Shown here: positions 8,121 through 24,523 of the stretch, in pieces
How positions within the stretch are numbered: the stretch's first letter is position 1
Layout of the letters: every line of letters starts with the position of its first letter
Assembly: GCA_965208105.1 (NCBI GenBank)
Contig: OZ242318.1
Span: 3,072,001-3,136,000 of the forward strand
Reading direction: 5' to 3'
Length of the DNA: 64,000 nucleotides
DNA from: Candidatus Latescibacterota bacterium
GTDB lineage: Bacteria; Latescibacterota; UBA2968; UBA8231
The notes under the pieces: model-generated
Told to the model about the DNA's origin: nothing
Seen by the model: the letters and a program-made list of their open reading frames with translations, nothing else
The model's database searches: none
Position numbers and translations under genes: made by a program

Positions 8121-9833
8121 ATGCTCGACTACCAGGACCTCAAGCGGGAACTCAGCCGTATTGATGGCCGCGGTTACAAATCCTACCAGGACCTGCGCGG
8201 AATCTACGCTTTTCCCGACTTTTCGCTTTATATCGACCACGTGCAGGGCGACCCCTTTGCCACGCCGAGCCGCCTTCGCGTCCGCGTGCCCCAGGACAAG
8301 GCGGGTTATCCCGCCGAGACCTTCGCCAGCAGGAGCCGCCGCCTTGCATTGTGCACCTATCTGGCGAAGCAATTCGCGGCGGCGGCGCTCCGCCGCGGGA
8401 CCCGGCGCGGCAGCGGCAGGAGCGGCCTCATCGAGATGGCCGATCCCGCCCAGGAGATAATGGAGCGCAGCTGTGTAGACGTGTCTGCCGACCACGTCGA
8501 GGCCCGATTCCTCCTGGGCATGCCGGCGGCCGGCCGCCGCATCCTCGGGGGCCTGGCTGACCAGATGCTGTGCGAAGACCTTCCCGCCATTGTCCGTGCG
8601 ACCCTCTTTTTCCGGCGCAACGATCCTGCGGCCATTGAGCGCTACCTCACCGCGAGCGAGGACGCCGACCACCTGCGCTCCCGGCTCCCTTCCCTCGGCC
8701 TGGTTGCTTTCGTCGCCCGGGACAGCATCCTGCCGCGGCGTTCGGGGGTGGACGACCGGCCCTTGCGCGAACCTCCCGTCGTTCCCTTCGAAGTCCCAGC
8801 CCACCTGCGGGTGGAGGTCGACCTGCCCAACGCCGGCCGCACCGAGGGCATGGGGGTTGAGGCTGGCGTCACCCTGATCGTGGGCGGCGGCTACCACGGC
8901 AAGTCAACCCTGCTCAACGCCATCGAGCGCGGTGTCTACAACCACATCCCCGGGGACGGCAGGGAGCTGGTCATAACCAGGGAATCGGCCGTCAAAATCC
9001 GCGCCGAGTCCGGCCGCAGCGTGGCCGGCGTCGATATTTCCCCATTCATCAGCGGTCTTCCCCACGGCCGCGATACCCGCTTTTTCAGCACCGGCAACGC
9101 CTCGGGGTCCACCTCCCAGGCGGCCAATATCGCCGAGGCCATGGAAGTCGGCGCCGAGGTCCTGCTTGTAGACGAGGATACCGCCGCCACCAACTTCATG
9201 ATCCGCGACCGGCGCATGCAACTGCTCATTGCCGGGGATAAAGAGCCCATCACCCCTCTCATCGACCGGGTGCGCCCGCTCTGGGAACAGCACGGAATTT
9301 CCAGCATCGTGGCGCTTGGAGGCAGCGGCGACTACTTCGACGTGGCCGACACCGTCATACTGGTGGAGGATTACGTGTCGCGCAACGTCACCGGGGAGGC
9401 CAGAAGTATTGCCGCCCGGGACAGGACCGGACGCCGGCCGGAAGGCAGCGCTGTCTGCGCTGCTCCGGTTCCGCGCATCCCATTGCCTCGGAGCATCGAT
9501 CCGAGCAAAGGCCGACGGCAACACAACGTAAAAGCCAAGGGTCGGCGAACCATTGTCTTCGGTGGGGAGACCATTGATTTGAGTGCCGTCGAACAGTTGG
9601 TCGATCCGGGGCAGACGCGGGCTCTGGCTGCAGCCCTGGTCCATGCCCGGGAAAACCACGTTGACGGGAAGCGGTCGGTGCGGCAGGTACTGGACCTGGT
9701 GGAGAAGGACATCGAAGGAGGAGGGCTGGATATTTTGAGCCGGTTTCCCGAAGGAGGGCATGTGCGTTTCCGCAGATTTGAGCTGGCTGCGGCCCTCAAT
9801 CGCCTGCGTTCCCTGATGGTTCGCCAAGAGTAG
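8121..9833 (+). CDS. ABC-class ATPase-domain protein (ABC_ATPase / MRB1590-like)
   Basis: IDHVQGDPFATPS, Walker A GGGYHGKST, NHIPGDGRE, ASGSTSQAAN, Walker B LLVDED, ATNFMIRD, C-terminal FELAAALNRLR. Confidence 0.88.
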   Translation: MLDYQDLKRELSRIDGRGYKSYQDLRGIYAFPDFSLYIDHVQGDPFATPSRLRVRVPQDKAGYPAETFASRSRRLALCTYLAKQFAAAALRRGTRRGSGRSGLIEMADPAQEIMERSCVDVSADHVEARFLLGMPAAGRRILGGLADQMLCEDLPAIVRATLFFRRNDPAAIERYLTASEDADHLRSRLPSLGLVAFVARDSILPRRSGVDDRPLREPPVVPFEVPAHLRVEVDLPNAGRTEGMGVEAGVTLIVGGGYHGKSTLLNAIERGVYNHIPGDGRELVITRESAVKIRAESGRSVAGVDISPFISGLPHGRDTRFFSTGNASGSTSQAANIAEAMEVGAEVLLVDEDTAATNFMIRDRRMQLLIAGDKEPITPLIDRVRPLWEQHGISSIVALGGSGDYFDVADTVILVEDYVSRNVTGEARSIAARDRTGRRPEGSAVCAAPVPRIPLPRSIDPSKGRRQHNVKAKGRRTIVFGGETIDLSAVEQLVDPGQTRALAAALVHARENHVDGKRSVRQVLDLVEKDIEGGGLDILSRFPEGGHVRFRRFELAAALNRLRSLMVRQE

Positions 9834-9864
9834 ACCTTTACCGCATTTTTCCTATAATTGGACC

Positions 9865-10611
9865 ATGATTTCGGTCGAGTCGGTCACCAAGTGCTACGGC
9901 GCCCGCAAGGCGGTCGCCGATCTCAGCTTCCAGGTGGACTACGGCGAAATCGTCGGCTTTATCGGGCCCAACGGGGCGGGCAAGAGCACCATTCTGAAGA
10001 TGCTCTCCACCTATATCCGCCCCACCCGGGGCCGCATCACCGTCGACGGTCTCGACGTCGTTGAAGATTCCCTGGCTGTGCGCCGCAGGATTGGCTATCT
10101 GGCCGGCGATACTCCCCTCTACCCGGGCATGCGGGTGGACAAGTTTCTGGCCTTCATCGGAAATGCCCGGGGCATGGGCGGCGGCGGACTGCAGCAAGGT
10201 CTCGACCGGGTGGTCGAACTCTGCGGCCTCGAACCCGTGCTGCTCCAGCGCATCAGCCAGTGCTCCACCGGCTATCGACAGCGCATAGGGCTGGCCACGG
10301 CCCTGATCCACGATCCGCCCATTCTTCTTCTGGACGAACCCACCCATGGGTTCGACCCCCTCCAGGTACTGGCCTTCCGCGAAATGCTCGGTCGCTTGCG
10401 TCCCGGGCGGGTCATTCTTTTCAGCACCCACATCGTCGCCGACGTGGAGGCCGTCAGCGACCGGATCCTCATCATCCATCAGGGACGCATCCTGGGGTCG
10501 GGAACCCTCGGGGAATTGTCCGCGGTTTCCGGCAAGCCCGGCAGGTCACTTGAGGAAATATTCGCCCATCTGGTGCGCGCATCCGCAGCCACAGAATCCG
10601 CCCATGCCTGA
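9865..10611 (+). CDS. ABC transporter ATP-binding subunit (GldA-like)
   Basis: GPNGAGKST, CSTGYRQR signature variant, LLLDEPT, STH. Confidence 0.92.
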   Translation: MISVESVTKCYGARKAVADLSFQVDYGEIVGFIGPNGAGKSTILKMLSTYIRPTRGRITVDGLDVVEDSLAVRRRIGYLAGDTPLYPGMRVDKFLAFIGNARGMGGGGLQQGLDRVVELCGLEPVLLQRISQCSTGYRQRIGLATALIHDPPILLLDEPTHGFDPLQVLAFREMLGRLRPGRVILFSTHIVADVEAVSDRILIIHQGRILGSGTLGELSAVSGKPGRSLEEIFAHLVRASAATESAHA

Positions 10612-11371
10612 TGCGACAAGGCTCAGCCGCGGGGAATTTCTCGACGGGATTCGCATAATTGCCTCCCGGGAGTTGGAAGCCTGTTTCGACTCTCCCATCG
10701 CCTATATCTATTCCGCCGTCTTCCTCGTCCTCTCCAGCGCCATGTTCATGAACACCTTCTTCCTTGCCGCGGTGGTGGACATGTCGGCGTACTTCGAGAT
10801 TCTTCCCTATCTGCTCATCCCCTTCGCAGCGGCCATCACCATGCGGACCTGGTCCGAAGAGATGGCCCAGGGCACCCTGGAGCTGCTGCTGACCCTCCCC
10901 CTCCGCCCCTGCCAGGTGGTGTTGGGGAAGTACCTGGCCACCCTTTGCTTCTACGCTTTCATCCTCATGGGAAGCCTGCCCATCGTGATAATGCTTGTCT
11001 GGCTAGGAGATCCGGACGGCGGGCTCATCCTGTCCAGCTACCTCGGGGCGCTGTTTCTGGGGGCGTTCTTCCTTGCCTTCGGCCTCTTTGCCTCCTGTCT
11101 GAGCAGGGACCAGATCGTCGCCTTCGTCCTCGCAGTGCTCCTGGGATCTGTCTTCGTGCTGAGTGGTCACGACAAGGTGGTCGAGGTGGTAGACGGCTTA
11201 ACCCCGGGCTGGCAGCTCGGCACCTGGCTCTATGAATCGGTTTCGGCAATGCCCCACTATCGATCCTTCGGGCGGGGTATCCTCGGTGCCGGCGACGTGC
11301 TCTACTTCGTCCTGATGAGCGCATTCTTTTTGTGGATGAACGAGATCGCGCTGCAACGGAGCAAATTTTGA
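10604..11371 (+). CDS. ABC-2 type permease (GldF-like)
   Basis: RELEACFDSPIAY, ITMRTWSEE..GTLELLLTLP..VLGKY, six TM segments. Confidence 0.9.
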   Translation: MPDATRLSRGEFLDGIRIIASRELEACFDSPIAYIYSAVFLVLSSAMFMNTFFLAAVVDMSAYFEILPYLLIPFAAAITMRTWSEEMAQGTLELLLTLPLRPCQVVLGKYLATLCFYAFILMGSLPIVIMLVWLGDPDGGLILSSYLGALFLGAFFLAFGLFASCLSRDQIVAFVLAVLLGSVFVLSGHDKVVEVVDGLTPGWQLGTWLYESVSAMPHYRSFGRGILGAGDVLYFVLMSAFFLWMNEIALQRSKF

Positions 11372-14300
11372 CCCGCCGTTTTCTCCTGCAGATTGCTGCG
11401 GGATTCGTACTCCTCCTTCTGGTCGCAGTTTACGCCATCCGCATCCTGGAACAGGGCGGGACATGGAGCCTCGACCTGGGTGGCCGCGGGGCAGCTACCC
11501 TATCTCCGGACACGGCGGCCTACTTCGAGCGGCTGCAGAAAAACCTTGTCATCAGCTACTTTGTTTCGTCCCGGGAAAAGATGCCCTCCCATCTAAGGGA
11601 ATTGGAAGGGGAAGTCCGGCGCCTTCTCCAGGCATTGCGGAACTGCGCACCTGCGCGGGTCGACATTCGCGTCATCGACCCCGAAGTCAGCGGGGCCCTA
11701 GGCCTGGCCTATGCCGCCCGCAAGAAGGTATCCCCTGTCAGCGTGCGCCACCTCCGCGGAGACGCGCCCAGTGAGAAGATGGTCTGGTCCTCCCTGGTTC
11801 TCGCCTACGGCGACCAACCCGAAGTGCTGATTCAGGGCGTCGAGATCGCCCACCTGCCCCGCCTCGAAGATCTTGTGGTCGAGCACCTGCGGGCCCTGGA
11901 GCGCCCCCGGCGTCCCATCTTCGCGGTAGCTGCTCCTCCTTCCTTCCAACTCCTGTCCGATTTTCTCTCCGAATACGGTCACGTCGTCCAGGCCGACCTG
12001 AAGCATGGCGCCCCGATTCCCCCTCAAGCCGACGTGCTGTTCTGGATGCGGCCGTCCAATGTCTCTCAATACCACGTGGACCAGCTGCAGCGGTACGTGG
12101 CCTCGGGACGCACAGCCGTTCTGGCGGCCAGCGAGTACGGGATCGACTTCGATTTCCGGGGACCGGAGACCCGGTACAGCACCCATTCACAGGCTCCGGG
12201 CTGGAGGACTTTGCTCCGATCATTGGGGTTGCGCCCCCTGCCTGACCTGCTGATGGACCGCAATAGCGCTGCCCTGGGGGTTGATGGAGGAGACGGCTCG
12301 GTGCGCCTGGTCCAGGCGCCTTTCTTCATCCGCTGTCTGCCAGGTTTCTACAACATGAAGAGCTTCCTGGGGCCCGCGCGTGGCGCCCTGAGCTTTGTCG
12401 CCGCCAGCGCCCTCGAGGTCGATCCTCGTCGGGTCGAGTCCTCCGGCTGGCAAGCCGAGGTGGTGGCCACGACCAGCGCCGACACCTGGGTGAGGCCACT
12501 GGACCAAGAACCATTCGGACCGGCGGATCTCTCTCCCCGATTCAGGGTCCCCAAGCAGAACCTGATGGTCCTTCTCAAGTCGGCCGATCCCTGGAAGGGC
12601 CAGGTCCTGGTCATGGCAAGCTCCTCGGCTTTCCGCGACGGCATCATCAACATGGAGGGCTATGGCCACCGCCTGTTCCTGCGCAGCCTGGTGCGCACCT
12701 TTGCCGGCCCGGAGCGTCTGGTGCGCAACCGGGTGAAGCAGCGGGAGGTCGCGGCCATGCCCCCCTCGAGTGCGGTGGAGCGACTGTTCTGGCGATGGTT
12801 CGCTATCCTTCCTGTTCCTCTCACTTTGCTGGCTCTGGGCATGCGGCGCTGTCTGGACAGGGGAGCCCTGGCGGTGACCCGGGGTCCTGTGGCGCGTCTT
12901 CTGGCCCGCGCAGGCGTCGGCTTGATGGCCGTACTGGCGGCTAACCAGGTTTGGGCCGGATATGGTCAGCCCTACGTGGACCTCACCTCCGATGGGAGGA
13001 ACAGGCTTTCCAGGCTCACCCGCGAGGTCCTCTTCCGGGAGCACCAGAATCTGAAGGTCGAGCACATTGCCACACCAAGAGGATCCATGCCGTTGGCCCT
13101 CAAACCGGTTGCGCCCAGGCTCAGGGATTTGCTCGGCCAGGGCGAGGTGAAGCTGCGGCAGGTGGGGGTCAGCCAACTTTCCGGGCAGGAGCGCAAAAGA
13201 CTCCGGGAACTGGGGCTGGGACCGTTCGAAGCAAGGCGGGTGCGCTCCGACTCCCTCGTCTCGGAGCTGGTATGGAGCGGTCTGCTCCTGCGCCGAGGCG
13301 ACCGCCTGGCGGTTGTTCCGCGGCTCGACCAGCGTACCATGGACAATCTGGAGTTTCTCCTGCTGGGCGCCATGGACCGACTCGACCGGGGCCGGGCACC
13401 CCACGTGGCTGTGGTCTCAGACCTGCCCCGCCTGTCGCCGGCAGAAGCCCTGGAGGACTACCAGAAGAAGGGCCTGATTGCGCCCAGGGGAACCGACGTC
13501 TACAGCTCGGCCAAAGCGCTGCTGCAGAGCTACGGCTACCGGGTCTCCCATGTCGATCCAAAGGCTCCCCACCTGCCCCCGGATGTCGATGTGTTTCTAT
13601 GGCTCCAACCCCGGCGGGACTCGAGCCGGATCATTTCGTCGTTGTCCGGGCACCTGGCCGCGGGCGGCCAGGCCATTGTCGCGCTGCAGCACTTCAATAT
13701 CCAGCAGCGTCAATACCGCGGCGGGGGGTTCCGTACCGTCTACTGGCCCCAGCCTCAATTCCAGGATCTCGATCGCTACTTGAATCTTCTGGGGGTCGAG
13801 CAGGTCCGCGAGGTCCTCATGGATCGCACGCACCACCATCTGGACCTGGAGACCCAGGTCAACCGCGCGGCTGTGCGCGAGTACGATCCCCAGCGCGTGG
13901 CGCTTCCTTTCCTGATTCGCGCCGTGGGAATGCACTTTTCTCCCGAGTCCGCACTCACCCGCCATCTTGGGGACCTGCTCTTTATCTGGGGCAATCGGTT
14001 CGCCCTTGACACCGCCAGACTGCATGCATTGGGCCTGAGACCTCAGGTCCTCGTCGCCTCTTCCCCGCAGGCCTGGTCATACAGGTGGGAGGGGGGATGG
14101 TTGCCGCCGCGGGCATTCGAACCTGCCGCCTATCTTTCAGGACCACAGCCCCTGAGCGTCCTGCTTCAGGGGAGCTTCCCTCCCATTGAAATCAGGGAGG
14201 AGGATGGCCGCACTACACTGCATCTGCAAAAACCGGAAGCGCCTGGTCCGCCGGGCCGCCTGTTGCTCATCGGCTGCTCGGAGATGTTCAAGAATCCCCA

Positions 14301-14541
14301 TCTCCACGCGGAAGATTTCCAGCACGACCAACTGCTCCTCAACAGCGCGGCCCTGATGGCCTACGGCGAGGAAATGGCCGCGCTGATGGCCAGCGGTTCG
14401 CGCCCGCGAGGTTTCGCCTTTCCCAGCCTCGCCGCCAAAATCTGGTGGCGTCTTTTTGTCATCGGCATCGCACCGCTGTGCATTCTTTCCTACGGCCTCT
14501 GGCGCTGGGGCCGGCGCCTTCAACCAGCCTGGTTCAGGTGA
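11368..14541 (+). CDS. GldG-like ABC auxiliary protein with two tandem modules
   Basis: Two repeats of TM + DL(G/T)..G...LS..T + extracytoplasmic domain + TM. TTG start overlaps the upstream TGA. Confidence 0.75.
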   Translation: MTRRFLLQIAAGFVLLLLVAVYAIRILEQGGTWSLDLGGRGAATLSPDTAAYFERLQKNLVISYFVSSREKMPSHLRELEGEVRRLLQALRNCAPARVDIRVIDPEVSGALGLAYAARKKVSPVSVRHLRGDAPSEKMVWSSLVLAYGDQPEVLIQGVEIAHLPRLEDLVVEHLRALERPRRPIFAVAAPPSFQLLSDFLSEYGHVVQADLKHGAPIPPQADVLFWMRPSNVSQYHVDQLQRYVASGRTAVLAASEYGIDFDFRGPETRYSTHSQAPGWRTLLRSLGLRPLPDLLMDRNSAALGVDGGDGSVRLVQAPFFIRCLPGFYNMKSFLGPARGALSFVAASALEVDPRRVESSGWQAEVVATTSADTWVRPLDQEPFGPADLSPRFRVPKQNLMVLLKSADPWKGQVLVMASSSAFRDGIINMEGYGHRLFLRSLVRTFAGPERLVRNRVKQREVAAMPPSSAVERLFWRWFAILPVPLTLLALGMRRCLDRGALAVTRGPVARLLARAGVGLMAVLAANQVWAGYGQPYVDLTSDGRNRLSRLTREVLFREHQNLKVEHIATPRGSMPLALKPVAPRLRDLLGQGEVKLRQVGVSQLSGQERKRLRELGLGPFEARRVRSDSLVSELVWSGLLLRRGDRLAVVPRLDQRTMDNLEFLLLGAMDRLDRGRAPHVAVVSDLPRLSPAEALEDYQKKGLIAPRGTDVYSSAKALLQSYGYRVSHVDPKAPHLPPDVDVFLWLQPRRDSSRIISSLSGHLAAGGQAIVALQHFNIQQRQYRGGGFRTVYWPQPQFQDLDRYLNLLGVEQVREVLMDRTHHHLDLETQVNRAAVREYDPQRVALPFLIRAVGMHFSPESALTRHLGDLLFIWGNRFALDTARLHALGLRPQVLVASSPQAWSYRWEGGWLPPRAFEPAAYLSGPQPLSVLLQGSFPPIEIREEDGRTTLHLQKPEAPGPPGRLLLIGCSEMFKNPHLHAEDFQHDQLLLNSAALMAYGEEMAALMASGSRPRGFAFPSLAAKIWWRLFVIGIAPLCILSYGLWRWGRRLQPAWFR

Positions 14542-15572
14542 TCCGTCTGCTCGTTGTGCTTACGGTCCTTTTGTCGGTCCTGATCGGCGCCGACCATCTC
14601 CTGCGCCGAAACCAGGAAAGCCGGCGGATCCATGAAAGCACCCTGCGGTTCCTTTCCAGGATTCGGGTCGAGCAGGTGGCAGAGCTTGGCATTGCATCGG
14701 GCGGCAATTCCTGGAACTACGTCCTGCGCGATGGAATCTGGTACTGCCCTGACTACTTCGACGCCTATGCCCAGGGTGACCGCATCGAGCGCCTGTTGGA
14801 TGGGCTGCTGCAGAGCCTTGCAACCGTGGTCAGGGCGGACCCGGTGGACCTGAGGCGCTTTGGCCTGACTCCTGAGCGCGCAATGCGGGTCCATCTCATC
14901 GGCAGAACCGGCATGCCTTTGCTGGAGGTCTGGGTAGGGCGTGGCGCTCCCGGGCCTGCATCCGGCGAGGCCTACGTGAAGCTGGCCTCTGCGGATACTG
15001 TCTTTCACCTTCACGCCAACCCCCGCCTGGCCCTGGACGAGGGCAGGCCGCCAATGGTGGACCCCTATGTTCTGCCCCGTGCGCTGGCTCGCCGTTCCAT
15101 CAGCAAGGTGATCTTTGAACGGGAGTCGGCCTATCCCCTGCGACATCTTCGCCGACTGCGAATCCCGGCACCTGCCCCTTCCCGGTCGGGGCTTCCTCCC
15201 CAACGGCCGACCTACGAGTGGCGGGCTGGATTCGCGGCTGGAGAACAAGCGTGCGTCAGGTCCAGCGTCTTTGCCTATCTGGGTTTCCTGGGCCGCCTCC
15301 GCTACGAGGAACTTCGCTATCACATGGGTCCCGCCCACCATTCCGGGGCTCCGGACAGGCTCATCCTCGAAGACTCCAGCGGCCGGGTGGATACCCTCGA
15401 GGTCGGCGGCCGGGATGCTGGCGGAAATACCCTGGTGCGGCACCGCGGCTCGGGCCAGGTTCTCGCCATTTCTCCGCACAAAGCCGGCCTTCTCTTTCCG
15501 GCTTCCCGGGCTCTCCTCGATACACTGCCCTTGCCCACCCCTTACCAGCTTGCCGAGCCGCCAGTCCACTAG
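14538..15572 (+). CDS. DUF4340-like membrane-anchored protein
   Basis: N-terminal TM, ADPVDLRRFGL, VGRG..GEAYVK. Occupies the usual fourth position of GldAFG-like clusters. GTGA overlap. Confidence 0.7.
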   Translation: MIRLLVVLTVLLSVLIGADHLLRRNQESRRIHESTLRFLSRIRVEQVAELGIASGGNSWNYVLRDGIWYCPDYFDAYAQGDRIERLLDGLLQSLATVVRADPVDLRRFGLTPERAMRVHLIGRTGMPLLEVWVGRGAPGPASGEAYVKLASADTVFHLHANPRLALDEGRPPMVDPYVLPRALARRSISKVIFERESAYPLRHLRRLRIPAPAPSRSGLPPQRPTYEWRAGFAAGEQACVRSSVFAYLGFLGRLRYEELRYHMGPAHHSGAPDRLILEDSSGRVDTLEVGGRDAGGNTLVRHRGSGQVLAISPHKAGLLFPASRALLDTLPLPTPYQLAEPPVH

Positions 15573-15644
15573 GATAATTAGGAAACAGGATTCGGTTTAT
15601 CCAGGATAGCCGGCCGTTGATCAGAACCTGTTGAGAAAGGAAGA

Positions 15645-16469
15645 ATGACCATGCAGGACATGCGCATCGCACTGGTGCAAATGAGCAGCCGGGTAGGCGA
15701 GAAGTCCGCAAACCTGGCCAAAATCGAACGCTATGCAATGGAGGCCGCAGCCCGGAAAGTGGACATTGTCTGCTTCCCGGAGTTGTGCGTTTGCGGCTAC
15801 AATGCCGGTGATACTTCCACCCCGGAGCCCGAATCACTATCAGGAGACTCGGTGCGAATGCTCGAGGAGATCGGGACCAGGAGCGGCCTGACTATCCTGG
15901 CAGGACTATTGGAGCGGGATGTGAGCGGCATCGTATACAACACCCAGGTCATCTGCAGTCCTGCCGGCTGCATCGGCCACTATCGAAAAACGCACGTTCC
16001 GACCTCGGAGATCGGGACCTGGCGGCATGGCGGCGAGTTCCCTGTATTCAATCATCCCAAGGCACGCTATGGCATCGAGATTTGCTATGATTCGCACTTC
16101 CCTGAGGTGAGCACCATCCTGGCCGAGAGAGGGGCGGAGCTCCTGTTTTTTCCCCATGCTTCGTCGATCACGGGAGAAACGGCGGCAGGCAAGAAGAAGC
16201 GCTGGCTGCGCTACGTTCCCGCTCGGGCCTACGATAACGCGGTGTTTGTGGCGATATGCAACCAGGTGGGTGACAACGGAGCGGGCCGCGACTTCGCCGG
16301 GGTCACCTTCGTCTGCAATCCACGGGGCGAGGTCATAGCCGAAGCGCAGAGCAGTGTGGAAGAAGAATTGGTCATCGCCGACCTGAAGGCCTCCGAACTG
16401 TCCCGTGTCCGCGCCGCGCCGGAGTTCTTCTTCCGCCACTTCCGCCGGCCTGAACTCTATTCTCTGTAG
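15645..16469 (+). CDS. Nitrilase / carbon-nitrogen hydrolase family protein
   Basis: Catalytic triad motifs CFPE, YRKTH and EICYD, plus PARAYDN. Confidence 0.92.
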   Translation: MTMQDMRIALVQMSSRVGEKSANLAKIERYAMEAAARKVDIVCFPELCVCGYNAGDTSTPEPESLSGDSVRMLEEIGTRSGLTILAGLLERDVSGIVYNTQVICSPAGCIGHYRKTHVPTSEIGTWRHGGEFPVFNHPKARYGIEICYDSHFPEVSTILAERGAELLFFPHASSITGETAAGKKKRWLRYVPARAYDNAVFVAICNQVGDNGAGRDFAGVTFVCNPRGEVIAEAQSSVEEELVIADLKASELSRVRAAPEFFFRHFRRPELYSL

Positions 16470-16513
16470 TGTCCCGTCGCAGAAATTGCGGACGAAAGGG
16501 CTCCAGGGCCCGG

Positions 16514-18001
<1,488 letters not shown>

Positions 18002-18015
18002 GCCCTCTCTCCAGG

Positions 18016-22626
<4,611 letters not shown>

Positions 22627-22797
22627 TTTCGAGCTTGCTCTGGCGCTCGTGGATAGCAGAATTATCGGGATTGAAATCCACGCCTATTCCTGGCTGCAGC
22701 CGTTGCGGGCTGGCTTGAAATGGGGAGCCGGGAGCCGGATTCGTTTGTCTCCCGCCCTGCATTCATGGATCGGTTGAATTTGCAGGGCAAGAGTATC

Positions 22798-22840
22798 AGG
22801 ATATGAACAGGGATCAACTTTGTCAATCATGATTCTGACA
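22798..22840 (-). promoter_or_regulatory. Sigma-70 promoter of gltBD overlapped by an inverted repeat
   Basis: Minus strand TTGACA (22826-22821), 17 nt spacer, TATCCT (22803-22798). TGTCA-N10-TGACA inverted repeat at 22821-22840. Confidence 0.6.
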
Positions 22841-22934
22841 TTTTTCTTTGTGGATTTACAATATTTTGCTTTTAAAATCTATGAATATGGCCTAAATTCT
22901 TCGATATACTCCTTTAAAAAGGTGGTTTTTTGAC

Positions 22935-23540
22935 ATGAGAAAAATCGACGAGCAGGAGCGCCGGATTATTCGCGCTTTGATCCGCAACCCGCGAAATTCG
23001 GACAATAAGATAAGCGCCCTGACCAATGTCCCCGTGCGCACCGTCAGCCGCAAGCGCGCCCGCCTCGAGCACGAGGATATCCTGTCCTACTACACCGCGG
23101 TGGAGATGCAGTCCAACGGCACGGCGCGCTTCAACACACAGCACATGATTATCATCAAGTTCGAACTGGGGATAACCCGCTCCCAGATAGTCCAGGAAAT
23201 CTGCAACGAGCCCAACGTGGCCAATGTCTTCAGCGAGTTGATCCGCGACAGCTACATCGCCGAGACCGATGGGCATATCGCCCTGGTCATGGTCGTGGAA
23301 GGTGAGTCTGACAGCGATGTAGCCGAGAGTCTCCAGGGTAAAATCATCCCCTCGCTGAAGAAGAACCACGGCGAAAGCTCCATTGTCGAACTCCGCACCA
23401 TACGCCTGTTGGGGTCGATCAGGCGCGAGCACAACTACCTGCCCATGGTCAATATGGAGGATGGGGTCATGAGGAGGGATTGGCCGGACGAGGCTATCTT
23501 CGTGGGGCAAGCCGAGGAAGAGAAAGATGAAGCTATCTGA
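22935..23540 (+). CDS. Lrp/AsnC-family transcriptional regulator
   Basis: KIDEQERRIIRALIRNPRNSDNKIS..VPVRTVSRKRARLE wHTH. Divergent from gltB. Confidence 0.75.
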   Translation: MRKIDEQERRIIRALIRNPRNSDNKISALTNVPVRTVSRKRARLEHEDILSYYTAVEMQSNGTARFNTQHMIIIKFELGITRSQIVQEICNEPNVANVFSELIRDSYIAETDGHIALVMVVEGESDSDVAESLQGKIIPSLKKNHGESSIVELRTIRLLGSIRREHNYLPMVNMEDGVMRRDWPDEAIFVGQAEEEKDEAI

Positions 23541-24384
23541 AGATCATGTGAGAGCATTCGACGAACAGGGATTTGTCGTCGTGGAAAATTTCTATCCGGA
23601 GGAGAAGAGGGCGCGCATTGCCGCGGCCATTCGCGAGGATCTTCCTCCCTGGGAATCAGTCAAGGACGATCCGCCTGAAAGGGGTCTATTGAAGGATGCC
23701 TTCCCCTACGCCCAGATGTTGTTCAACGAACTGATTGTCGATTGGGACCTCGTCGATTTCGTGCAGCGAGTACTCGAAACCGATGACATCCATTTCCGCT
23801 ATGCCCACAACTGGGCAAGGTATCCCAACACTCCTCAACATCCGCCCAAGCTCCACATCGACAATGGCAACAACTCCCTGCTTCCGCCCTGTGCCGACAA
23901 GAGGTACGCGCAAATCAGCAGTTGGTACTTTCCCGAAGAGGTTGGGGAAGGCCACGCGCCCATGATGGTCATTCCCAAGCCTTATGGCCGGGATACGAGC
24001 AAGAGGGTGTTACTGGTGGTGCCGGCTGGAACCCTGATGGTTTTCAATACCCATCTATGGCATTCCGCCACCGAGTTCAGGGCCGGCGACCAGCAGCGAT
24101 ATTCCGTCACGCGGATTTACGGGCGCGGCGATCACTACTGGGAAGGGGTGGGTTTCTTTACGAATCTAGGAAGGAATGAGCATTTCAGGAGGTTCATCGG
24201 CACCCTTACCGCGAGGGAGAGAGAGATCTTCAGGTTTCCCCCGGCAGGACATCCCTACTACACCGTCGAGACCCTGGCGCTCCTGGAGGGTCAGTATCCG
24301 GGATGGAACGCTAGAGGAGAGTATGCCGGCGGAGACCGCGTTGTTCCCTGCAAGGATGCTCAGGTTGTCGGGAGCCCAATCTGA
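23527..24384 (+). CDS. Phytanoyl-CoA dioxygenase (PhyH) family 2OG-Fe(II) oxygenase
   Basis: FDEQGFVVVENF, LHID (HxD), AGTLMVFNTHLWH, RYS. Confidence 0.85.
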   Translation: MKLSEDHVRAFDEQGFVVVENFYPEEKRARIAAAIREDLPPWESVKDDPPERGLLKDAFPYAQMLFNELIVDWDLVDFVQRVLETDDIHFRYAHNWARYPNTPQHPPKLHIDNGNNSLLPPCADKRYAQISSWYFPEEVGEGHAPMMVIPKPYGRDTSKRVLLVVPAGTLMVFNTHLWHSATEFRAGDQQRYSVTRIYGRGDHYWEGVGFFTNLGRNEHFRRFIGTLTAREREIFRFPPAGHPYYTVETLALLEGQYPGWNARGEYAGGDRVVPCKDAQVVGSPI

Positions 24385-24483
24385 ACCTGTCGGACGGCAG
24401 CCTGAATGCAGCTGACCGCGACCTCATTCACGGTGTCGCAAGGGTCTCGGCTGCCCGATTTCGTCATCTTTCCACTGCGACCT

Positions 24484-24523
24484 GACACTAGCAGCCCGGA
24501 TGGACTTTTTCAACGGGCTGCTA
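24484..24523. repeat. 40-bp REP/MITE-like hairpin repeat, copy 1
   Basis: GACACTAGCAGCCCGGATGGACTTTTTCAACGGGCTGCTA. 39/40 identical to 33389-33428, with a 10-bp perfect stem. Confidence 0.85.
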
